Shown here piece by piece: positions 24,232 through 36,454 of a stretch of DNA of 64,000 bases. The stretch lies in assembly GCA_002269645.1 (NCBI GenBank), contig NIVC01001105.1:24334-88333 (forward strand), in the 5' to 3' direction. Origin of the DNA: Macrostomum lignano. Taxonomy: Eukaryota. The notes under the pieces are model-generated. The model saw only the letters and a list, made by a program, of their open reading frames with translations. It searched no databases and was not told the origin of the DNA. How positions within the stretch are numbered: the stretch's first letter is position 1; every line of letters begins with the position of its first letter. A program made the position numbers and the translations under genes.

Positions 24232-24663
24232 ATTGAACTCTGATTAGCTTTTTTTTCTAATTGTAATTATTTATAAATATATACCGAGTACCGGTCTGCG
24301 CCGGTGTTGGGAGGTCGTGTAAAAAAGTAATAACTGAATTACGCAATCCGAACCATTTAAACAAAAAAATCGTGCGCCGTGTACTCTTTGTCTCTCTCTC
24401 TCCAAACTGGATCGCAATAAATGCTCTCGGGTGTCGAGCAATCTCTCAGGGGGGGGGGGGGGAACACTGGTTGCATAAATTAACAAAACAACTCATTTTT
24501 CCTGTGCTTGCCTAACAGTCAGTGGTCATAAAAAATCTCGCAAGCAAGTCATGCGCGCAAATCACTGAGCAATCCAACTAATTACCGCCGGCTATTTAAG
24601 CTTGCCGGAACGCAAAAGCAAACAGTGGAGAGTGGCGCTTTTAGCTGAAGGCTAAGCAGAAAA

Positions 24664-24987
24664 ATGGCCATGCCAGTTTTTGATCGCCTTCGAATTGGCA
24701 GCCGGCTTTGCCGGGTAGCCTTGGCCGAACTGGCCGCCACCTTCTTGCTGGTGTCCCTGTGCCTGTCCGCCTCAGCCAACTGCCTGGTCTCGCGGCACTC
24801 CAGCAGCAGTTCAGGCGGCGGGGCAGAGGACGCCTCCGTCTTGATGGCCACCATCGGGTCCGGCCTGGCGCTGGCGTTGGCTGTGTACGCCAGCTTCGGC
24901 GTGTCTGGCGGCCACGTCAATCCGGCCGTGTCGCTGGCTTTGCTGGCCGTGGGCCGGATGACCCTGCTCGACTTCCTGGTCTATCAG
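24664..24987 (+). CDS. Aquaglyceroporin (AQP3/7/9/10 group), exon 1
   Basis: AELAATFLL helix 1 and GVSGGHVNPAVS (NPA 1); phase-0 donor CAG|GTGGGT. Confidence 0.9.
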
Positions 24988-25094
24988 GTGGGTTCTACCA
25001 GCGGAATGCGTCAGTCTGTAGAATTCCTTGAAACTTCTGGTTTAGAGCTAGCACTGAAAATGTGCTGACTGTCTTTAGTACCGTTAGATTACCG

Positions 25095-26172
25095 GTTTTA
25101 CTGGGTGTCTCACCTGTTCTACTGAGTGTCTTACCTGTTCTACTGAGTGTCTCACCTGTTCTACTGAGTGTCTCACCAGTTCCGCTGAGTGCCTTACCTG
25201 TTCTACTGAGTGTCTTACCTGTTCTACTGAGTGTCTCACCTGTTCTAATGAGTGTCTTACCTGTTCTACTGAGTGTCTCACCTGTTCTACTGAGTGTCTT
25301 ACCTGTTCTACTGAGTGTCTCACCTGTTCTACTGAGTGTCTTCCTGAGTGTCTCACCTGTTCTACTGAGTGTCTCACCTGTTCTACTGAGTGTCTCACCT
25401 ATTCTACTGAGTGTCTTACCTGTTCTACTGAGTGTCTCACCTGTTCTAATGAGTGTCTTACCTGTTCTACTGAGTGTCTCACCTGTTCTACTGAGTGTCT
25501 TACCTGTTCTACTGAGTGTCTCACCTGTTCTACTGAGTGTCTCACCTGTTCTACTGAGTGTCTTCCTGAGTGTCTCACCTGTTCTACTGAGTGTCTCACC
25601 AGTTCCGCTGAGTGTCTCACCTGTTCTACTGAGTGTCTCACCGGTTCCGCTGAGTGTCTCACCTGTTCTACTGAATGTCTCACCGGTTCTACTCAACGTC
25701 TCACCTGTTCTACTCAATGTCTCACCTGTTATACTGAGTGTCTCACCTGTTCTACTTAATGTCTCACCTGTTCTACTCAATGTCCAACCTGTTCTACTGA
25801 GTGTCTCACCTGTTCTACCGGGTGTCTTACCTGTTCTACCGGGTGTCTCACCTGTTCTACCGGGTGTCACCTGTTCCGCTGAGTCTCAACAGTTCTACTG
25901 AGTGTCTCACCTGTTCTACTCAATGTCTCACCTGTTCTACTCAATGTCTCACCTGTTCGACTGAGTGTTTCACCTGTTCTACTAAGTGTCTCAACAGTTC
26001 AACTGAGTGTCTCACCTGTTCTACGGGGTGTCTCACCAGTTCTCTTGAGTGTCTCACCAGTTCTCTTGAGTGTCTCACCGGTTCTACTGAATGTCTCAAC
26101 AGTTCAACTGAGTGTCTCACCTGTTTTACTGAATTTCTCACCTGTTCTACCGGATGTCTTTCCTGTTCTACT
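25095..26172. repeat. 21-bp minisatellite CTCACCTGTTCTACTGAGTGT filling the aquaporin intron
   Basis: About 50 units. Confidence 0.97.
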
Positions 26173-26210
26173 GTCGCCGGTTGTACTGCACTTTAATATT
26201 TCGTCGATAG

Positions 26211-26843
26211 GCCGCCCAATACCTTGGCGCGTTCGCTGGCGCTGGCGCAGTGTACACATTCTACGCCCCGATGCTGGACGCCATTGACGGCGGCCGCCGT
26301 GTCGCTTTCGGCGCCAACGGCACCGCCGGAGTGTTTGTCACTCTGCCGCACCCGAGTGCCAGTCTGTCCATTGTTCTGGCCAATCAGCTGTTCACCTCCG
26401 CCGCCTTCATGCTGGCCGTTCGCGCCGTGACCGACGGCGCCAACGCAAATCCGGCCACCGGTCTGCAGCCGCTGCTGGTCGGCCTGTCGGCCACCTGCCT
26501 GCTGCAGTGCACCCTGCCCGTGTCCGGCTGCACCCTCAACCCGGCCAGGGACTTTGCGCCTCGCCTGTTCGCCAGCCTGGCCGCTGGCTACGGCCTGCCG
26601 CTCCTGCCGGCCGTCGGGCCGCGCGCCTTCTGGGCGCCGCTAGTCGGGCCCTATCTGGGCTGCGCGCTGGGCTCGCTGGTTTACGAGCTGTGCTTCCACC
26701 GGCAGTTGAAAGTATTCGGCAAGTCGGCCGGAGTCAACGAAGTCGCCGATGACGAAGCTGCAGACGGTAGAGGCGATGGCGAGCTCAAGAAGCTGATGAT
26801 GGTTGACAGGGCCACCTCAAAAATGCAGATTTCGGATGAGTGA
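26211..26843 (+). CDS. Aquaglyceroporin, exon 2 (spliced protein 318 aa)
   Basis: Acceptor GATAG at 26210; AAQYLGAFAG, NGTAGVFVTLP and SGCTLNPARDFAPRLF (Asp after NPAR is the glyceroporin signature). Confidence 0.9.
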   Translation, partial: AAQYLGAFAGAGAVYTFYAPMLDAIDGGRRVAFGANGTAGVFVTLPHPSASLSIVLANQLFTSAAFMLAVRAVTDGANANPATGLQPLLVGLSATCLLQCTLPVSGCTLNPARDFAPRLFASLAAGYGLPLLPAVGPRAFWAPLVGPYLGCALGSLVYELCFHRQLKVFGKSAGVNEVADDEAADGRGDGELKKLMMVDRATSKMQISDE

Positions 26844-27047
26844 TAAACTACTCTGATGAAGAACAAATTTACTCGCTAATTAAACTGAAAACTTTATTAC
26901 AATAATATCAGTATAGTGTGGAATTCTTTTAGTGCTTTACGGTTATGGTGATCGGTTTTTTACCATCAAAATTTGTGTTACTATTAGGAGCTATGTAACA
27001 TCCTTTGTTGAAATGGCCATGGGCTTGTTGTGTCTTTTTAATGACTT

Positions 27048-27593
27048 CAGTGGGAGCAGTGTGAAGGGAGCGGGGGCTTCGTGAAGGCAGTGGTGAGTGA
27101 GCAGGAGCAGTGTGAAGGGAGCGGGGGCGGTGTGAAAGGGGTGTGAAGAGAGCGGGAGCAGTGTGAAGAGAGCGGGGGCAGTGTGAAGGGAGCGGGGGCA
27201 GTGTGAAGGGAGCGGGGGCAGTGTGAAGGGAGCGGGAGCAGTGTGAAGAGAACGGGGGCAGTGTGAAGTGAGCAGAAGCAGTGTGAAGGGAGCGGGGGCG
27301 GTGTGAAAGGGGTGTGAAGTGAGCGGGAGCAGTGTGAAAGGAGCGGGAGCAGTGTGAAGAGAGCGGGGGCGGCGTGAAGGCAGTGTGAAGAGAGCGGGAG
27401 CAGTGTGAAGAGAGCGGAGGCAGTGTGAAGTGAGCGGGAGCAGTGTGAAGGGATCGGGGGCGGCGTGAAGGCAGTGGTGAGTGAGCGGGAGCAGTGTGAA
27501 GGGATCGGGGGCGGCGTGAAGGCAGTGGTGAGTGAGCGGGAGCAGTGTGAAGGGATCGGGGGCGGCGTGAAGGCAGTGGTGAGTGAGCGGGAG
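27048..27593. repeat. About 20-bp G-rich minisatellite GCAGTGTGAAGGGAGCGGGG
   Basis: Tandem array between aquaporin and globin. Confidence 0.93.
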
Positions 27594-27948
27594 CTTTCAA
27601 CTTCTATTTTATAAAAAGGCAAAGCACAGCCGCTGTGAAAAGCAGAAGTCATGCCAGGAACGAAAGCTGAACAGATCGTCGCCGCTCATGCATGACATCT
27701 TAGCTTAGCCTGCCTTAGCGTCCGCAGTTTCCGTTCGTGCCGCATCTCTTTCAGGATGTCTCTCTAAGTCTAATGTGCCTGCCTGAATGAAAAACAGGCT
27801 TCTCATGCCAGGGTTACCTGTAATTACAGCCGGGGCACCGTCTGCATTAGCGAGTTTCCCTTTCATCAAACCAGGAAGCCATCAAAGCTCCATCAGCAGT
27901 CAGTGCTGTCATGCTTGATGCCTTCCGGCCCAGCTCAGTCCGCTGTTC

Positions 27949-27956
27949 TATATAAA
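27949..27956 (+). promoter_or_regulatory. Putative TATA box of the globin gene
   Basis: TATATAAA about 85 nt upstream of the globin ATG. Confidence 0.5.
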
Positions 27957-28039
27957 CAAATTTTCAAATAATAGACTTTGTCTACTTTCTTTTCCGTTGC
28001 AATATCAAATATCTACGAGCATAGCTAGCATTTTCCGTA

Positions 28040-28143
28040 ATGGAGAAAATCAGTCTGACAGAGCAGGAGCAGCGAGTCATCAAGGCCGACTGGTTGGCAG
28101 CTACCAGGGACAAAACCGCTCTGGGTGTGGCCGTGTTTCTCAA
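28040..28143 (+). CDS. Globin exon 1 (missing from the ORF track)
   Basis: MEKISLTEQEQRVIKADWLAATRDKTALGVAVFL (A and B helices, Trp in helix A); phase-2 donor AA|GTGAGT at the B12.2 position. Confidence 0.88.
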
Positions 28144-28304
28144 GTGAGTAGCGAGTGAGATTGTACTCGCTAGCTGCTGGATGCTACATGAATTCTTCAG
28201 GAATTGTCTCAGTTTTGGTGTGTCAGTAGGTCTCAATCATCGTGTGACTATCAGGGCTGCCACTTTTCGAGCTAAGTTAAGGCACAAATTCAAGTGCCAG
28301 GGGC

Positions 28305-28945
28305 ACCAACTCAAGTGTGTCAGGGGAAACAAGTCAAGTGTGTCAGGGGAAACAAGTCAAGTGTGTCAGGGGAAACAAGTCAAGTGTGTCAGGAGCGACA
28401 AGTCAAGTGTGTCAGGGGAAACAAGTCAAGTGTGTCAGGGGAAACAAGTCAAGTGTGTCAGGGGAAACAAGTCAAGTGTGTCAGTGGAAACAAGTCAAGT
28501 GTGTCAGTGGAAACAAGTCAAGTGTGTCAGGGGAAACAAGTCAAGTGTGTCAGGGGAAACAAGTCAAGTGTGTCAGTGGAAACAAGTCAAGTGTGTCAGG
28601 GGAAACAAGTCAAGTGTGTCAGGGGAAACAAGTCAAGTGTGTCAGGGGAAACAAGTCAAGTGTGTCAGGGGAAACAAGTCAAGTGTGTCAGGGGAAACAA
28701 GTCAAGTGTGTCAGGGGAAACAAGTCAAGTGTGTCAGTGGAAACAAGTCAAGTGTGTCAGGGGAAACAAGTCAAGTGTGTCAGTGGAAACAAGTCAAGTG
28801 TGTCAGGGGAAACAAGTCAAGTGTGTCAGGGGAAACAAGTCAAGTGCGTCAGTGGAAACAAGTCAAGTGTGTCAGTGGAAACAAGTCAAGTGTGTCAGTG
28901 GAAACAACTCAAGTGTGTCAGTGGAAACAACTCAAGTGTGTCAGG
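28305..28945. repeat. 23-bp minisatellite CAAGTCAAGTGTGTCAGGGGAAA in globin intron 1
   Basis: About 28 units. Confidence 0.97.
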
Positions 28946-29006
28946 GGCGACAATTTAAGTGTCATCAAGCGCATCTGCTTTATCAGCGGCCGCCCGCATC
29001 CCTCAG

Positions 29007-29238
29007 GCTGTTCCAGCTGTACCCGGAGGTGCAGGTGAAGTTTTCGAACTTCCGCGACCGGCCCCTGTCTGAGCTGGCCGGGCTGCCCGCCCTGCGCGCC
29101 CACGGCCTCCGCGTGGTGAACTCGATGGACTCGGTGATCGCTTCGTTGGGCAGCTCCCATCCGGAGGCCTCAGCGGAGACCTTGCGGCTCATCGGCGAGT
29201 CGCACCTCAATCGAGGAGTTAACGTTGATCACTTCCTG
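29007..29238 (+). CDS. Globin exon 2
   Basis: LFQLYPEVQVKF (CD1 Phe), LRAHGLRVV (distal His E7), IGESHLNRGV (proximal His F8); phase-0 donor at G7.0. Confidence 0.9.
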
Positions 29239-29801
29239 GTGCGGCGGGGACTTCTGTGTGCACAATGTACCTGCAGTTTCCTAGAATTTTATTTGATTGA
29301 ACAACAGTTTTGCATTGTTTCTAAGAATTCTGCAAGGTTTCCAGGAATCTATTGACGCAGCAAAACGCGCAGATTGAATTTCGTATTAGGTTTCCTGGAA
29401 TTTCATATCTTTTTCTTAGAATTATAAGATTTGATTAAGTTTCTTGGAATCTGACACGGTTCCCGAGTTTTTAATTGCGTTTCTTGGAATTTCACATGGT
29501 TTTTTGGAAGCTAGTTTTTGCTAAAATTCTACTGTTTTTTCCTAGAATTAATTGTTTTTATTTACCTGGGTTTCTTAGAATTTCACGGAGTTTCCTGGAA
29601 GGCTTTTTAGTTTCCAGTGAATTTTATAGCTTTCTTAGAATTAGAATACTATTTGTCTTCAGGATATTAGAATTGGCTTCGGGTATCTTTTATTGGTTTC
29701 TAGGAATTCTAGTTTTCTTAAATGTCTGATATAAAATAAGTTAACAATATATACATATTTAAGTATCAGGAAACACCCCCAACGTCAATTCATTGATTCA
29801 G

Positions 29802-29945
29802 GCTCTCAACAACGTCCTTGACGCGGTGTTCCAGGACAGACTGGGCAGTCAGTACGCCGCTAACCGCCCCATCTGGCTAAAATTTCTGCAATCGATTGTG
29901 CCGCTGATCGTTGAGGGTCTCAATAGGGCCCAGTTTCTGGCCTAG
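29802..29945 (+). CDS. Globin exon 3 (spliced protein 159 aa)
   Basis: Acceptor GATTCAG at 29801; ALNNVLDAVFQDRLG...IWLKFLQSI (G and H helices); TAG at 29943-29945. Confidence 0.85.
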   Translation, partial: ALNNVLDAVFQDRLGSQYAANRPIWLKFLQSIVPLIVEGLNRAQFLA

Positions 29946-30076
29946 CGATTCTGTCGATTTTATTTACTGCTGTTGCTAAAAATAGAAACTTTGACGCCCC
30001 ACCTCACTCCCGTGAAATCTGATTGGCTGCAGTAAATATGCTTTTTTTAACGCTCAGATATTGTGTGCGGAGGACA

Positions 30077-30152
30077 TGAGGGTAGCCCCGTCAGAGGTTA
30101 ACGCATCTTAATATCAAGTTATAGGACCCGAGTTCGAATCCGAATGCGGTCA
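30077..30152 (+). mobile_element. Degenerate tRNA-derived SINE head
   Basis: A-box-like TAGCCCCGTCAGAGG and B-box GTTCGAATCC (30132-30141) at tRNA-like spacing; no intact cloverleaf. Confidence 0.55.
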
Positions 30153-30974
30153 TAGTAATTTGAAGCTTGATTTGCCATGGAAATTTACCTTGCTCTGCAA
30201 TTCACGCCCCGATGGCCGACCCCCCCCCCTAAGGCACAGAGAGTGTACATGCAAGGATCAGCGGGTCTGCTTAACTGCTTGCTGAATAACTGACTATACA
30301 TAGAAAATCATCATTTTTGCTATTGATACTACTGAAAACAGTAATACTATAGATTTTTTCTTAATTTCTAATTAATAAATCGAAACACGAGCTGCACATT
30401 TTTGCTGTATTAAAAATTTATTGCAAAGCTACTACTAACTTTACGACCTGATTACGAGCTATGATTATGTGTTGTGTTAGTGTACTTTCCTTGACCTTGA
30501 TTGCGTGCTGTGGCACATTTTCTCCAGCTAATGATTGCTCATCCCTAATTAGTCACTGCGCAGCTCCGATCGAGTCAAGAAATAAAAAAGCACAAGTTAA
30601 CGAACAAGATTTTGAGCACATGTGAGTGCAATGCTTTTTCACGAGCTTGCTTTGTATATAATTATTGTATGTGCAAACACAGTCTGTGTGTGTGTGCAAG
30701 CCACTTTCTCAATGAAAAAATAACAGGCAGACAAAGTTGGTAAAAGTTGGTCAACTTTGCTTTTAGCAAGCAAATGCCGAGGCTAAATATTCTGGCATAG
30801 AATTGATTAAAAACTCTGCTGAAAAAATCTTATGATAACAAAATTCACAAAGTGGAGGGATAGAAAGTCATGTGTGAGGGTTATTGTGACAGGGGAATGA
30901 ATTTAGTTTAAACCTTGTAGGCAACTAACGGAAGGTGAAGGCTTATAACAATATTTGCCATTTTAAAACATTGT

Positions 30975-31745
30975 CAGACGGTCAAGGCGAGGGAGAGAGG
31001 AACAGGGACTCAGCACGGTCAGATAAGAGAGGAACAGGGACTCAGCACGGTCAGGTGAGAAAGAGATGAACAGGGACTCAGCACGGTCAGGTGAGAAAGA
31101 GATGAACAGGGACTCAGCACAGTCAGGTGAGAGAGAGATGAACAGGGACTCAGCACAGTCAGGTGAGAGAGAGATGAACAGGGACTCAGCACAGTCAGGT
31201 GAGAGAGAGATGAACAGGGACTCAGCACAGTCAGGTGAGAGAGAGATGAACAGGGACTCAGCACAGTCAGGTGAGAGAGAGGGGAACAGGGACTCAGCAC
31301 GGTCAGGTGAGAGAGAGAGGAACAGGGACTCAGCACGGTCAGATAAGAGAGGAACGGGGACTCAGCACAGTCAGGTGAGAGAGAGAGGAACAGGACTCAG
31401 CACAGTCAGGTGAGAGAGAGAGAGGAACAGGACTCAGCACGGTCAGGTGAGAGAGAGAGAGGAACAGGGACTCAGCACGGTCAGGTGAGAGAGAAGAACA
31501 GGGACTCAGCACGGTCAGGTGAGAGAGAAGAACAGGGACTCAGCACGGTCAGGTGAGAGAGAAGAACAGGGACTCAGCACGGTCAGGTGAGAGAGAGAGG
31601 AACAGGACTCAGCACGGTCAGGTGAGAGAGAGAGGGGAACAGGGACTCAGCACGGTCAGGTGAGAGAGAAGAACAGGGACTCAGCACGGTCAGGTGAGAG
31701 AGAGAGGGGAACAGGGACTCAGCACGGTCAGGTGAGAGAGAGGAG
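30975..31745. repeat. About 36-bp minisatellite GAACAGGGACTCAGCACGGTCAGGTGAGAGAGA with variable (GA)n
   Basis: Tandem array directly downstream of the HS3ST stop codon. Confidence 0.95.
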
Positions 31746-31814
31746 GAGCAGGGGATCGGGGTCAGGACTCGCTTGATCATCGGAGGTGAATCCGGTTAAA
31801 TTCGCTGCCATTCA

Positions 31815-32774
31815 TCACAGGACAGGATTTGAACCCGCGCCCAGCTGCTCCGCCCGCCCCATCCAGGCAAAGCGCCGGCCCGTCAGCTCCGCCAGTCGGA
31901 GGTTGTGCGGTTCAAAGTAGGCGCGCAGCTTGGCCAGAGTCACCGGCGACACCGGCGGATGCTGGCGGCCCTTCTCGCTGCCCAGACAGCGCTGCCGCTG
32001 CCGCCGGCCCCGAACGCAGTAGAATCCCTTGGTAGAGTTGAACACGAACTGCTCCGGCCGATTGAGGAAGCTGGGCAGGCTGAGGAACTGCTCAACCAGG
32101 CGGAGCTCTTCGTGCGGCTCGCCGATCAACCGGTCGCCGTCGACAATGTGCAGCCGGTCGGCGGGAAAGTGGCGCAGCCAGCGGCGCAGATGCCGATGAT
32201 AGACGGAAGTTTGAATCATCCGGGAGCGCGGGTTCACCCGGCCGGAGCCGGACAGTACAAGCCGTTCCAATGGACGGGCCGGCCGTCCCGCTTTGGCCCG
32301 ACGGTGCAGGTGCTGGGCGTAGTCGCTGACAACCCGGGTCACGGGGTCGCGCAAAATCAGCAGCAGGCGCAGATTGGCGCCAAGCTGACGGCGCGCCAGC
32401 CGCGGCGCCGCCTCGGTAACAAAATAGGCGGGCGTCTTCTCGATCGTGAACTGGCCGGGCCGGCTGCGGGGCATCTGGCCGCGGTACCAGCTGAGGCCCC
32501 GCCGCAGCCTGTCCGTCTTGTCGAAGTAGTGAATCTCGCTTCTGGCCGCGGCCACGTTCGGATGAGCGTCTAGAAAGTCCAGGAGGGCGCGGGTGCCGCA
32601 CTTCCTGGCGCCGATAATGATGCAGTGTGGCAGCTGCTGCTGCGGCGGCGGTGGGGGCGACGGCGGCGGCGTCCGGTGACCGCGGAGGAGGACAGCGACG
32701 GTCAGGAGTGCCGCGGTGGCCAGCAGGGCTGCCAGGCCGATCCGCAGCAGCAGCCGCCCGCCATGGCCGGACAT
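31815..32774 (-). CDS. HS3ST: Heparan sulfate glucosamine 3-O-sulfotransferase (HS3ST1/5-like), single coding exon
   Basis: N-terminal TM helix; 5'-PSB IIIGARKCGTRALL; EIHYFD; IEKTPAYF; 3'-PB ILRDPVTRVVSDY; FNSTKGFYC; CLGSEKGRQHP. Confidence 0.92.
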   Translation of the reverse strand: MSGHGGRLLLRIGLAALLATAALLTVAVLLRGHRTPPPSPPPPPQQQLPHCIIIGARKCGTRALLDFLDAHPNVAAARSEIHYFDKTDRLRRGLSWYRGQMPRSRPGQFTIEKTPAYFVTEAAPRLARRQLGANLRLLLILRDPVTRVVSDYAQHLHRRAKAGRPARPLERLVLSGSGRVNPRSRMIQTSVYHRHLRRWLRHFPADRLHIVDGDRLIGEPHEELRLVEQFLSLPSFLNRPEQFVFNSTKGFYCVRGRRQRQRCLGSEKGRQHPPVSPVTLAKLRAYFEPHNLRLAELTGRRFAWMGRAEQLGAGSNPVL

Positions 32775-33044
32775 CCTCGTGTCGCACTGCTCGCTGATCG
32801 TCTGCTCGCAGCTGCTGTCCGCCTTTTTTCTGCTCCTGCAATTGTTGAGAACGCTGGCGAGCTTGCTGCACCGAGTTGCATAAACTCCTCCTCTCTTTGT
32901 CTGGCTCTCTCCATTCCTCTCATTCCATTGAGCTCACTCGCTTTCTTATTATGCGTGTCTGCGCGACCTCGCGCACTTCAGGCCGAGTGGGTTAGAGGGG
33001 TACCCGGTGCAAGGACCTCTAGATATAAATCTTTAGACTGGAGG

Positions 33045-34550
33045 CCTAAACTTCATCAATCCTTAACTTCACCAATCCTAAACTTCACTAATACTAAACT
33101 TCACTAATCCTAAACTTCACTAATCCTAAACTTCACTAATCCTAAACTTCACTAATCCTAAGCTTCACTAATCCTAAACTTCACTAATCCTAAACTTCAC
33201 TAATCCTAAACTTCACTAATCCTTAACTTCACTAATCTTAAACTTCATCAATCCTTAACTTCACTAATCATAAACTTCACCAATCCTAAACTTCACTAAT
33301 CTTAAACTTCACCAATCCTTAACTTCACTAATCATAAACTTCACCAATCCTAAACTTCACTAATCCTAAACTTCACCAATCCTAAACTTCACTAATCTTA
33401 AACTTCATCAATCCTTAACTTCACTAATCCTTAACTTCACTAATCTTAAACTTCACCAATCCTAAACTTTACTAATCCTAAACTTCACTAATCCTAAACT
33501 TCACTAATCCTAAACTTCACTAATCCTTAACTTCACTAATCTTAAACTTCACTAATCTTAAACTTCATCAATCCTTAACTTCACTAATCCTTAACTTTAC
33601 TAATCCTAAACTTTACTAATCCTTAACTTCACCAATCCTAAACTTCACTAATCCTTAACTTTACTAATCCTAAACTTTACTAATCCTTAACTTCACTAAT
33701 CCTAAACTTCACCAATCCTAAACTTCACTAATCCTAAACTTCAGTAATCCTTTACTTCACTAATCTTAAACTTCATCAATCCTTAACTTCACTAATCCTT
33801 AACTTCACTAATCTTAAACTTCACCAATCCTAAACTTTACTAATCCTAAACTTCACTAATCCTAAACTTCACTGATCCTAAACTTCACTAATCCTAAACT
33901 TCACCAATCCTTAACTTCACTAATCTTAAACTTCACCAATACTAAACTTCACTAATCCTAAACTTCACTAATCCTTAACTTCACCAATCCTAAACTTCAC
34001 TAATCCTTAACTTTACTAATCCTAAACTTTACTAATCCTTAACTTCACTAATCCTAAACTTCACCAATCCTAAACTTCACTAATCCTAAACTTCAGTAAT
34101 CCTTTACTTCACTAATCTTAAACTTCATCAATCCTTAACTTCACTAATCCTTAACTTCACTAATCTTAAACTTCACCAATCCTAAACTTTACTAATCCTA
34201 AACTTCACTAATCCTAAACTTCACTGATCCTAAACTTCACTAATCCTAAACTTCACCAATCCTTAACTTCACTAATCTTAAACTTCACCAATACTAAACT
34301 TCACTAATCCTAAACTTCACTAATACTTTACTTCACTAATCTTAAACTTCATCAATCCTTAACTTCACTAATCCTTAACTTCACTAATCTTAAACTTCAC
34401 CAATCCTAAACTTTACTAATCCTAAACTTCACTAATCCTAAACTTCACTAATCCTAAACTTCATCAATCCTTAACTTCACTAATCCTAGACTTCACTAAT
34501 CCTTAACTTCACTAATACCAAAATTCACTAATCCGAAACTTTATTAATCC
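33045..34550. repeat. 16-bp minisatellite TAAACTTCACTAATCC
   Basis: About 94 units with higher-order duplication. Confidence 0.97.
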
Positions 34551-35059
34551 GCCCTTAGTGATTATAAAATCGACCAGTCAAGTTTCTAGTCCAAGTGTCA
34601 AACGCTCCCTGGATGGTGTTGAGGCCAAGTGGACTGAGAAGAGCTTTTCCAATTTTCTATCGTAGGGGGTGGGGTGGGTGGGGTGGGTGGCAGCAGGCAG
34701 CCCAGAAAAAATTCTCACGCAGGCAATTATGGGGGGGAGTCTTTGGCAGCCAGCAGTAGCAATATCTATTGCGCTAGTTATGCAAATTTCGGATACAGCT
34801 GCTAATAAAGCTTTTAATAAACTTTCATTTTGAAGATGAGTGAACGGGGAGTCAAAGGGTCAGCTACCCCCCCCCCCCAATTCAAGAACAATATTGGCAT
34901 TAAAATATTATGGTCAGCGGGACTCTCACTGCTCCTGCCGTTCGGTTGACTCATTTCATTAATTACAACCCAGGTGGACCGCTTTCTTCATCAGCTTCTA
35001 ACGCTTGGTAGGTTGTAAAGTGGCTAACAGAAAAGGTGTACTCCTTATTAGTGAGTACT

Positions 35060-35405
35060 CATGACCCCTGAGTCCTGACTCACTGAGTCCTGACCCACTG
35101 AGCCCTGACCCACTGAGTCCTGACCCCACTGAGTCCTGACCCCGGAGTCCTGACCCCCTGAGTCCTGACCCCCTGAGTCCTGACCCACTGAGTCCTGACC
35201 CCACTGAGTCCTGACCCCCTGAGTCCTGACCCACTGAGTCCTGAGTCCTGACCCCCTGAGTCCTGACCCACTGAGTCCTGAGTCCTGACCCCCTGAGTCC
35301 TGACCCCCTGAGCCCTTACCGCCAGAGCCCTGATCGTCCTGACCCCCTGAGCCCTGACCTCCTGAGCCCTGACCCCCTGAGCCCTAACCCCTGAGTCGTG
35401 ACTCC
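35060..35405. repeat. 15-16-bp minisatellite CTGAGTCCTGACCCC(A)
   Basis: Directly visible. Confidence 0.93.
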
Positions 35406-36454
35406 GGAGTCCTCCAGTTTAGCGCCCTAAGTTGGCGCCTCAAATTAGGCATAACCAGTGTGGCGCCCCCCCCCCGAGAAACTTCAAGCTTATTATGGTG
35501 CACCTATGCATTTCTATAGTAAAAGAAAGAAGCCTATGCTGTCTCTTTCCTTGCTATTTTCTTTATCGATTGATGCCGTCCTTCGAGAGGCTGGGAGGGT
35601 CGCCAGATTGCAGTTAATATGTTGGGGAGCGGTTGCTATGCGGTAGGGGGGGGGGGGTGCTGCCTGCTGGGATAATCGAGCGGACAGCGCCGGTGGACCG
35701 TGGGTTGGCACACGGAGCCCGAGCAAAGGACACGAGCTGCTGCTCATTCGTTCTGTTTCTCACTTTTTAAAGCAGACACACAAGCGCGCCAATGCAGTAC
35801 GCGGGCACGCGCTCATGTACACCGCCCACACAGGGTGTACGGGACAAGACCCGACTAATGTGCCAGCGCACGGAAAATCGAACCAAGGGGTCGCGTAGCG
35901 CGAGAGGCGGCGTTTACCTTAGCAACAGAAACTGAGAGCTGGGAAACGCAGCCAGGTGAAAACTAAAAACTAAGTGCCGGAGTAAAACAGTGTGCAGAGA
36001 GCCCAGAGCAGAAGACACTCAGGAAATAGGATGCCAGCAATTGCTCTCATACTGTTCCCTTCTCTCGCTCTCTCTCTCTCCCGTTTCTGGCGCATTCCTG
36101 CAGTGTCCGTCTCTAGCCCCATCCTTTTTTTCCCAGTTGCCATCGATACAGCCGTGCCGTTCCCTTTCCCACTGGGACACTGGCCATTTTGTCAGCGAGT
36201 AAAACAGTTCAACTTTTGCCAACCACTGAGGAACTGAGCTGTGTTTAACTCAATAGATGTCTCAAATCCAGCAGTAAATAAAGACTTCTTGTGCAGTAGA
36301 AGCTCTTGCCAACCTGATATGCGTTTATTCTTACGAGTAGAATTGAATGCTTTCAAAACTTAACAGCACACTTGTGCGAAAGTTTTCTTGAGAAGAGAAA
36401 TCAAAAAGGGTAAAAGTGCAGCCAAAATTATTTAGATTAAGTCGCTGTACAAAC

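Noticed and set aside
30077-30152. Possible tRNA gene
   Set aside because: Only A and B boxes are recognisable; acceptor and anticodon stems do not pair, so it is called a SINE head.
31815-31860. B-box-like GGTTCAAATCC (minus strand) in the last HS3ST codons
   Set aside because: No matching A-box or SINE body; probably chance.
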